DNA from: Tubiluchus corallicola
Lineage: Eukaryota; Animalia; Priapulida
Length of the DNA stretch: 64,000 nucleotides
Direction: 5' to 3'
Assembly (NCBI GenBank): GCA_030141605.1
Contig: JAQGDQ010000922.1
Span: 1 to 64,000, forward strand
Shown: positions 54,801-64,000 of the stretch, in pieces
Numbering within the stretch: the first letter of the stretch is position 1
Layout: every line of letters begins with the position of its first letter
Notes under the pieces: model-generated
Database searches by the model: none
Seen by the model: the letters and a program-made list of their open reading frames with translations, nothing else
What the model was told of the DNA's origin: nothing
Made by a program: the position numbers and the translations under genes

Positions 54801-57091
54801 TTCTTCGCTGTTACATGCATTTCGCCGTTCTCTAGTTAGACGGCCACTAGCGCCTGCATTTCGGAAACGTGCTGCTCAAAAAACAGGCGCTGTACCTCTC
54901 AGTTCACATGCATTAGTTTGTGACGAACTACACATCTTAGACAGCTCATGTGTGAGCACAGCAATAAATATGAAATTTGAATTTTTATTTTAAAACTTGC
55001 CTAGTTTTAGTACAACACACTGAATATCTTACAATAGCATTGTACTTCAATTTTCGCTTTTGCAAACAGCTACAACACGCTCGTGGAATATTTTTGCTGT
55101 TGAAAATTATGTTCGTTTGTGATGTCATCAATAGTTGCACTCGCCGCCATTAATGAAGTTTCTAGTCCATTATTTAATTACCAGAAACGCTTTCGCAGTA
55201 TTAATAATGTTAAAATGTACACTTTTTATCAAACTTTGAATAGTTTAAATGCGAGTTAGTACACACCAAAGACTAGGTTCGAGATTAGCTTCATCGATGT
55301 ATTCCGACCACAAGCATGCCTCTCCACCAATCAGTAATTTCTGGTGATCTTCTTCTACTGAAAAGAACAAGAGAAACAACAAGTTAAAAACGCACCAAGC
55401 CTTTTCGCAATGTTCGTGAAAAGGTCAAAGGTTCACGAACAACACATTTGTGCGCAGTTGACAACGCCTCCAGCAAATGATGGTGATCATGAAAAGGTCA
55501 AAGGTTAAGTATACCCCACAATACATTTGTGTACACTTGACAACGCCTTGCAGCCCAAGCTGTTGTAATAGTAACAGTTTTAACAGCTAGCTAGAACCTT
55601 ACCTAGTTCATTTTTGCTTGTTACCAAACAAAATCCTGCTAGTAAATCACTCCACGCACAGACTAGTGTATAATTAAGTAAATCAAAGCAGATCAAAGCA
55701 AAGCAAATTAAATCAACATACACTTCTAGAGGATAAATGGCTCTTCGAGGGAGCATTTATACACGCCCAAATCAAGACATGATTTCTAGTCCAATGTCTT
55801 ATCTTATAGGATTAACTTTGATAACGAAATAGGTACCGATCCCACCACAAGTCACTCTGATAATTAGTGCCAGATTCCAGTTTACTGAACTGATAAGATT
55901 AATCAACATAAAAACGACATATTCAACTTTTCATAAAAGAACAAAAAGATTTTTGCTAATCTGCCAAAACAACTTGTATAACAAAATGACACGATAGCTA
56001 CCTCTGAGAAACAGAAAAATCAGACCTCTTCAATCCGCCGGATCAAGATGTCAGGGGCGTGTCAATACTTTACAACGCCCTAGGCCAGGGGTGTGCAAAT
56101 TATCTGACTAGCCGGGTCACATTAAACATTCCCGCAATTCCTGTGGGTCACATGTAGTTTGGTCAAGGAGCCAAGTACAGTAGGACCTAATAACGATGTT
56201 TTTTTTGCATCCGATTTGAGCACTTCATTACTACTGCACTACTACACTCAAGAAACTATTTTAGAAGTTATTGAAATTTATATTAAAAACCATATATTTC
56301 GTCATGTCCGACAGTGGCATTAAGTGACAACGGTCTTGTAAGGGTTAATGACATCCGATCTAGAGGAAAAAACTACCCGCACTATCTTCGCGATATTGGC
56401 ACAGACTTCAGCTGGATTGTGTGAGCCGCACTTTCATTACGTTGACACAAGATCTCTCAGAGGGCCGAAAGTGGCCCGCGGGCCGCAGTTTGCACACCCC
56501 TGCCCTAGGCTGATAGTTCTGTCCCACCCCACCCTAGTGTGAATTTATGGTTGTTTATGTAAACATTTACTTGTGGTGTACTAGAAACCCAGTTCACCTA
56601 CTTTCAACGCTGTCATTATTAATTACATGTATTTGCATATCGCTTATATTCAATCTGGCTGCGCAACTGCTTGTTGTGTATTACAGTGCACCTGCTCGTT
56701 AAGTGGCACTTATATAAAAGCTGCAGTCAGTAACTGCCTGTGGTGTGTTATAGAATGCGTCCTTTACATGAATACGAAAGTATACACATTTTTCGAGGAA
56801 AATAAGAATTTTTGCTAAAACGAGACACCCCTTAAACTTTTGTGCCCTAGGTTATAACCTAGTTACCCTATTGGTTAATACGTTCCTACAAGAGGTACTC
56901 ACAGACAGTCAAAACGCTTACGTACGTATATAATCTAGCGGATCCCGGATATAAAAGTCCTGCCAATCATCGTTATTCGCCACGTTGTCCAGGTACCAAC
57001 CGGCAGCATTGATTACCTTGTAACCGAGCGCAGCTACGTCAGCCAGCGTAGTTATGTCCTTCCATACTTCAATTACTGCATTCTTATCCAC
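51872..57091 (-). CDS. Beta-hexosaminidase (GH20, HEXA/HEXB-like) 3' exons with a C-terminal transmembrane extension; 5' exons not found in the window
   Basis: Exons 57091-56926 (VIEVWKD..GYKVINAAGWYLDN..DWQDFYIRDPL), 55357-55267 (LLIGGEACLWSEYIDEANLEPSLW), 54551-54447 (PRASAVAERLWS..RIDHMRCLLIR), 52190-51872 (RGIRAKPVFPGYCE...GLVVVVMAASLAIIAFFIA...*). GT-AG introns, phases consistent. Confidence 0.9.
52365..54271. mobile_element. hAT (Buster/Charlie-type) transposase C-terminal remnants in inverted arrangement
   Basis: Plus strand encodes YLCEAGFSTMVTMNTKARNRLDIPGDMRVSLSKTEQRF..QQPSR*. The minus-strand copy (52546-52632) ends QKPSH*. A CAGTGGT..CCCAAC-like end lies near 52365. Confidence 0.7.
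52646..54129. repeat. 45-bp minisatellite, about 33 copies
   Basis: (atttctgttctagttacgtttgtaatcagctacctgtgtgaagcc)n. Confidence 0.95.
54661..55240. mobile_element. Dispersed repeat family X (possibly Kolobok-like, TTAA-flanked)
   Basis: ttaaagcaacactggacccaatc... also at 50234; related segments at about 290-700, 19800-20250 and 50230-50770. Confidence 0.55.
56052..56888. mobile_element. hAT-like MITE acting as host, homologous to about 48630-49007
   Basis: Starts CAGGGGCGTG; TSD CAAGATGT/CAAGAGGT (7 of 8 match); internal similarity to 48670-49000. Confidence 0.7.
56086..56502. mobile_element. hAT (Charlie-like) MITE nested in the previous element
   Basis: Perfect 14-bp TIR CAGGGGTGTGCAAA; perfect 8-bp TSD CCCTAGGC at 56078-56085 and 56503-56510. 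Confidence 0.9.
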
Positions 57092-57353
57092 CTAAAGGTA
57101 AAAAGTAGGCATGTAGAAATGTTGCCGTCAATTAATTTACTTATATGCTGGAGTGTGTTCCATTACTGCGTACATTAATAGTGGCATTTTAATACTCACT
57201 GTTGCCACCATCATCATCATCATCATCGACAACATATCATCATCGTCAATGTCACCATCATCATCACCATCACCATCACCTACACAGACTCTCTCGCTCT
57301 GTCTCTTTCTCACTCTTCTTTCCCTCCCCCAATCTCTCTCCCTCTCTTACATT

Positions 57354-57407
<54 letters not shown>

Positions 57408-57756
57408 TCCCCCCCTCTCCCCCTCCCCCTTCCCCTCTCTCTCTCTCTCTCTCTCTCTCTTCCTCTCCCCTCTCTCTCCCACTCTCTCTCTCTTTCTCTC
57501 TCTCTCTCTTTTGCTCTCTCTCTCTCTCTTCCTCTCCCCTCTCTCTCCCACTCTTACATTCCCGACTCTCTTGCTCTCTCTTTCTCTTCTCCTTTCCCCC
57601 CCTCTCTCTCCCTCCCCTTCTCCCACTCCCTTCTCTCTAACACCATAATTTTCATCTCATATCCTACTTTCACGGTCCGCTCCATAACATTATCAGTTTT
57701 AAAGACTTTCATACTAGTTTACAAGTTCAGAATTTATCTAATGTTAAAAGAAGGCA

Positions 57757-59078
57757 AGAATACACACACAAAACAGTTTTAGCGATGCTGTTCCTATGAT
57801 AAAACCATTATATAATCTCATTTCAACACACATGTAATGTCTCTTCCTATGAGTTGCTAAAGAATACACACACAAAACAGTTTTAGCGATGCAGTTCCTA
57901 AGATAAAACCATTATATAATCTCATTTCAACACACATGTAATGTCTCTTCCTATGAGTTGCTAAAGAATACACACACAAAACAGTTTTAGCGATGCAGTT
58001 CCTAAGATAAAACCATTATATAATCTCATATCAACACACATGTAATGTCTGTTCCTATGAGTTGCTAAGGAATACACAAACAAAACAGTTTTAGCGATGC
58101 AGTTCCTATGATAAAACCATTATATAATCTCATATCAACACACATGTAATGTCTCTTCCTATGAGTTGCTAAGGAATACACACACAAAACAGTTTTAGCG
58201 ATGCTGTTCCTATGATAAAACCATTATATGATCTCATATCAACACACATGTAATGTCTCTTCCTATGAGTTGCTAAGGAATACACACACAAAACAGTTTT
58301 AGCGATGCAGTTCCTAAGATAAAACCTTTATATAATCTCATATCAACACACATGTAATGTCTCTTCCTATGAGTTGCTAAGGAATACACACACAAAACAG
58401 TTTTAGCGATGCTGTTCCTATGATAAAACCATTATATGATCTCATATCAACACACATGTAATGTCTCTTCCTATGAGTTGCTAAGGAATACACACACAAA
58501 ACAGTTTTAGCGATGCTGTTCCTATGATAAAACCATTATATGATCTCATATCAACACACATGTAATGTCTCTTCCTATGAGTTGCTAAGGAATACACACA
58601 CAAAACAGTTTTAGCGATGCTGTTCCTATGATAAAACCATTATATAATCTCATATCAACACACATGTAATGTCTGTTCCTATGAGTTGCTAAGGAATACA
58701 CAAACAAAACAGTTTTAGCGATGCAGTTCCTATGATAAAACCATTATATAATCTCATATCAACACACATGTAATGTCTGTTCCTATGAGTTGCTAAGGAA
58801 TACACAAACAAAACAGTTTTAGCGATGCAGTTCCTATGATAAAACCATTATATAATCTCATACTAACACACATGTAATGTCTGTTCCTATGAGTTGCTAA
58901 GGAATACACACACAAAACAGTTTTAGCGATGCAGTTCCTATGATAAAACCATTATATAATCTCATATCAACACACATGTAATGTCTGTTCCTATGAGTTG
59001 CTAAGGAATACACAAACAAAACAGTTTTAGCGATGCAGTTCCTATGATAAAACCATTATATAATCTCATACTAACACA
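57757..59078. repeat. 104-bp minisatellite, about 12.7 copies
   Basis: tacacacacaaaacagttttagcgatg recurs at 57761, 57865, ... Confidence 0.95.
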
Positions 59079-60132
59079 TCAAGGGTCTCTTATACATGGG
59101 AAAATACGGTAACTTGCTTGTTGAAAAACAGGTGTGGAGAAGGGTAGAGCAACTTGGTTATGATGTGTTTAATGTTGATGTAAAACTATCAAAATAGAAT
59201 GAGAGACGATGAAGCTAATGAAAGAGAAAAATGAGAGCAAAAGTGTTAAGGGTCATTTATATCATATTATTAATTATGATATAAATTAATAAATGTCAAA
59301 TAATTCTATGTATCAGGGATGAGAATGACAAATTGCAAAAAAAACTGTGAAACAGGCTGGGGGTTTTGGGGCCACCTAGACCCCCAATGGGGTTCGCCCC
59401 ATTGAACCCCCTTGGAGCCAGCAACATATTGCAATTTTGTGACCATAGAGAACCTCTAAGTGGACTTAAAATATCAGTTACCTTGTTTCATGCATAATTT
59501 AAAATACCCGACTATCAAGGATACATGATACCTAATTGTCTCAAAAACGCCAAACTACTGGCCGCTCCTATGCAAAAGTATATAAAAACCGTCTACAATT
59601 GACTCAAATAACTCCGCACAATTGATTCTATATTTTTATACATAGAGATATACACGTGGTTACACTGATGTACGAGATGTAAACAAAGTGACGGCCTGCC
59701 AACTAGCGGTCAGCTTGTGAAATAATGTACTGGGTCCGTAAAAATTTTCTCAACGAATTTACGCGATTTACAAAAATGGCACTACTGGTCTTCCAGAAAC
59801 TCGGAATTCCGCGTATCCGCGGAAAATTCTCGTGCCTGATGTAAATTATAAGACAAAGGTGAACTAAAATGATATAAAGGTCATAAAAGCTTATTAGTCA
59901 CACGAAAATGTCTTATTGAAGCATGTGAAGCAAAAATATTGAGGCAATTTTGTGGAGTTATTTGAGTCGATTAAGCAACTGAGTCTATTAACAGCGAGTC
60001 TTCTAAACAGCGCCTATGCAACTATGTCTATGATGTAAAAATAAGGGAATTATGCTCTTCTCTTTCCAGGAGAAACAGCAGAGAGAATACGATAGCCTTT
60101 TAGCGAATGACTGTGAAACAGACGGATGGACG

Positions 60133-60652
60133 AATAAATAAATAAATAAATAAGTAGACAAATAAAGAAAAAAATAAGTAAACAAGTAAATAAGTAAACA
60201 AACAAACAAATAAATAAATAAAAACTTAAGTAAACAAGTAAATAAGTAGACAAATAAACAAATAAATAAGTAAACAAGTAAATAAGCAGACAAATAAATA
60301 AATAAATAATAAAGTAAACAAGTAAATAAATAGACAAATAAAGAAATAATTAAGTGAAATAGTAAATAAGTAAACAATCAAACAAATAAATAAAAAATGA
60401 AGTAAACAAGTAAATAAATAGACAAATAAATGAGTAAACAAGTAAATAAGTAGACAAATAAAGAAATAATTAAGTGAACAAGTAAATAAGTAAACAATTA
60501 AACAAATAAATAAATAAAAAATGAAGTAAACAAGTAAATAAGTAGACAAATAAAGAAATAATTAAGTGAAGAAGTAAATAACTAAACAATCAAACAAATA
60601 AATAAATAAAAAATGAAGTAAACAAGTAAATAAATAAATGAATAAATAAACA
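60133..60652. repeat. A-rich (AAAT/AAAC/AAGT)n low-complexity tract
   Basis: Directly visible. Confidence 0.9.
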
Positions 60653-60684
60653 GTGCCTACTCTACTCTTGATCCTAGAACTCAC

Positions 60685-61634
60685 CAGCTTTTGCTGCTCA
60701 CACAATTCTCTGCACAGAACTTGCAATTCTTGATCACACTGCCGAATGCTGTGAAGAAGTTTGTCCCTTAACGACTCCTCCTCGCGCGTCATCTCTTCCA
60801 GAAGATTCTAGAAGAAGAGGAGCATTCAGTGCTGATAGCTTGAATTATCTAATCCATAATTTTTTTATTAAAAAAAAGATGTTCGAACATTGAACTAGAA
60901 CATTTAAAGGACAAGAAAATCTCCTTGTAAAATTATATTACCTTACAACACTTTTATGCACTTATTGTATATTATGCACAACGTAAATCAGGGAAAGAAA
61001 AGGAAATGTTAAACCTTGTCCGAAAAAAACTTTCCCTGTAAATCAATGATACTTAGCATAACAATTTAAAATGTTCACGCCAATTGATAAAATGTTGCTG
61101 GCTCGCTCTCCAGTGTGCACCACTCACTAACCAAAAACATATTTTTAATCTTAATGACGATATACAGTGATTTAAAATTTTACTTAGTTAGTGACGAGTG
61201 CACTACGAATGCTCTGATTACTTTTTCAAACTTTACCCAATGTTATCAAGACTTGTTTTAAGCGACCTACCATCGAAATGCCTGCGCCTAACCGTCATAG
61301 TGGGAATTTAAATTTACAAGTTTTATACAGAGTTACTGCCGATGCAAGCCCTGCATGCAAAAAGGCAGTATGTAAGTGGTATAAAATATCAAGACAATTT
61401 TTTTAAGTTTCATGTAAGTGGAGGGTTTTCTTGTGCTTTAATGCTCACTTCTAAGAATGATAGTTTACATATATAATAGAACTTTATGTAAAATCAAAGC
61501 TGCATACCTGTAGATGCTGCACAACCACAGCTGTGCGTTCCTGACGCTGATTCTCTTGTATACCGATCTCATTCCATATTAGTTGTAGCCGTGTCAGCGT
61601 TTTCTCCAAACAAGCCGTCACCTCTGCTTGAATG
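60685..61634 (-). CDS. PRC1: PRC1/MAP65/Ase1-family N-terminal exons (fragment)
   Basis: Exon 61634-61508 encodes IQAEVTACLEKTLTRLQLIWNEIGIQENQRQERTAVVVQHLQ and exon 60807-60685 encodes NLLEEMTREEESLRDKLLHSIRQCDQELQVLCRELCEQQKL. Both match the PRC1 N-terminus as recalled (LREIWELIGIPEDQRLQRT..LLDMMIAEEESLKERL). No further PRC1 exons were recognised. Confidence 0.8.
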
Positions 61635-63199
61635 CTGGTAGTATGACAGAAAACAAACACTGATCAATATAATAGACACCAAGCCTGCTAAACAATTCCA
61701 GAGAAAATAAAGTACATGTATGTATGTATATATATACAACAAAACATACTGTGAGATGTGCTGTAACTTGTTCAATTTTAATATTATCAGTGCATTTTCA
61801 CACATGATACAAAATCTTACTACAGTATAGTTTAATTTTTATAGGCTTATACTACGGTTTACTTCTTTTTCCTACTAACATTCTACTTTATCAAGAAATT
61901 ACGGATTAGTCTGGAAGATAAAATATGAACCTGTCGATGTCTCATATTTTTCATTTTATTTCTTTGTTGCATAGCTTACTTAGTTATTTCGCTTTCATGT
62001 TTAATGTATCCCCCTATAAATTCATGTTAACAGCAGCACCACAATTTTTTTACAATTTTCACTAACCTGAGAAGGGTAGCTGACACGATGACCAATTGGT
62101 CTTTCGCTACTCTTTCTCCTGCACCCCCTTAACTCTTTCCTTTATGCCTAATTTATCCTTTTTAATCAATAACTAAAAAAATAATAGTCAATTTGTATAC
62201 AGGTGTAAACGAGGAGATAAATAAAAATGTCTATGTCTATGTGGAGATCGAGTCTCTCAACTAGTAAAAATGATTAAATTGGAGATTAAAAAAGCTAAAT
62301 CACACACTACCTTTGATTCCGAATATTAAACATTTCGCCCAATGTCGTATAACCATAAGTATAAAAACATCAAAAATAGCTTAGCATAGTACGTTCACTG
62401 AACAGCAAATCCGAAAGATTGCCGATTTTAATATTACATGGATTTAAACCCGCCGATTTTACTAGACCGATTTTGATTGGTCAAAGCTTTCAAGAGTAAG
62501 ATGATGACGAAATCCCACAACACACGATGAGCACAGCGGAAGTCTACATTGATCTTGATATGTAACTTGTGTAAAGACCTGATAAAGACGACGATGATGA
62601 TATTAATAATAATATTGACAATAAAAAAGGTGATTATGATAGTAATAATATTATAATATTAATTTTATTGTTATCATTATTTTTGTAATAATAGTAGAAA
62701 ATTTTTTAATTGTTTGACCATATTTTAAACTTCATTTTTAAACAAAACTATCAATTTATAAATGTGTTTTAAACAAAGCGTAACACTCTCAGTTTCAAAT
62801 TTTTGTGTTTTCCAGCGACAGCTTACCAATTGGCACATTTTAAATTATTAGTCTAGTTACGTAAGTCTTTCCAGGAGGTAAATAAAATGCTAAGTAATAT
62901 AGATTTGCACGGAAAGTTTCTTGTGTCATAATTTAACATTGCTTTCTTCCCCTGATTTACGTGGTGCAGTGACGTCACGTAATGGCGACTTCAGAACAGT
63001 ATTGCGGGAGATTTAAAATGAAAACAAACGAAGATTCCTTTCAACGCGAGTGCAATATGTGCATAAAATTGCCGTAAAATAGTATAATTTTTTGAGACGA
63101 TTTTTCTGAAACCTACTCCAGGTGCCACTTTTCTTGTTCTTTAGGCAGTAGCGATCTGTATAAGCTCATAACATTTCAGAATGTATTGTTGGTAAGCAC

Positions 63200-63207
63200 C
63201 TCTGCAT
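63200..63207 (-). CDS. Possible start micro-exon of the PRC1 fragment (ATGCAGAG)
   Basis: ttccgcag|ATG CAG AG|gtgctt gives the phase-2 junction needed by exon 61634. The donor is weak. Confidence 0.25.
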
Positions 63208-64000
63208 CTGCGGAATGAATGTTTAGGATAAAGAACACATACTGTGTGACAGTGAACATTTTAGAGAATTGAACTATTACAGTTTTTATAACAGCTTGGA
63301 CCAACATAATCAGATGCACTTTCTTTATGAGCGTCTTAACATTTTCATGTGATCATATTTTTTGTTATAACTAACCCCACTTGCAATTTTTGAAATTATT
63401 TGTAACTGTTTTGAATGGACTCATATCATTCAATAAATTTACTATGACGACGACAACTACTACTAATTCAATTCTATTAAATTTTATTTTCTCAATAGCA
63501 GTTAAAATTCGGCATAATTATTTTTACATTTCATTGCAACTGAGGAGCAGTGAAAGACCTATTGGTCACTTGGTCAGCTGCCCCTTATTAAAAATACAGG
63601 TTTACTTACAGGCTTATGACATTTTTTAGGTGTTTGTATATATATTTGGTTGACCATTCAACTGTTTTTTGTTTTTTGCCGGACTTTGAAATTAATGCTC
63701 AAATTGTGCATTTTCTGTTATGTTAAAAATCTTAAGTTATTTTTATTTTGTTTGCTTCGCATATTCACAGTATTTTAGACTTTGGGTTATTTAAATTATT
63801 ATGTTCTACAGTACTGCATTTCCCATCATTTAATTGCCAATTACACACGTCAACAGAATTCAAATTTATATTGAGAACGATGCCAAAATTAGTTTTGTTT
63901 AATCCTAGCTATTTAAAGATGGCTGACTAGATAACCTACGGGTTCTTCGCTGCCCTTCTCCTTTGTTACATAATATTGCATGTATTCCTAATACTGTTTT

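Noticed and set aside
56920-56925. Stronger-looking GTAAGC donor for the hexosaminidase exon
   Set aside because: It gives phase 2, incompatible with the phase-1 acceptor at 55357; the GTACGT donor at 56925 keeps the frame.
60003-60110. Possible next PRC1 exon (acceptor followed by SFAKRLSYSLCC...)
   Set aside because: No PRC1 or GH20 similarity in any frame. It could at most be a cryptic terminal exon, which is unsupported.

Overview
AT-rich, repeat-dense, intron-containing animal genomic DNA, most likely a marine invertebrate and probably a protostome (inferred from gene content). All exon models below were built by hand from GT-AG boundaries and reading-frame phase. (1) + strand: a 9-exon PAF-acetylhydrolase (PLA2G7/PAFAH2-family) gene, 735-13309, whose nucleophile motif reads GHGFG instead of GHSFG. 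(2) - strand: an 8-exon, 593-aa TM-NIT-TM-guanylate cyclase gene, 46298-18069, lacking the catalytic Asn and Arg. (3) Inside its 16.4-kb fifth intron, on the opposite strand: a tandem array of intronless ionotropic-receptor (IR/iGluR-like) units, one intact, one empty, one frameshifted and one missing M4. (4) - strand: four 3' exons of a GH20 beta-hexosaminidase with a C-terminal TM extension, preceded 3.6 kb upstream by phase-compatible 5' exons of PRC1, a possible chimera. (5) Penelope-like element remnants carrying four minimal hammerhead ribozyme motifs in inverted pairs between the converging PAF-AH and cyclase genes. (6) Many MITEs with TIRs/TSDs, LINE and hAT relics, and mini/microsatellites, which account for most long ORFs in the track.
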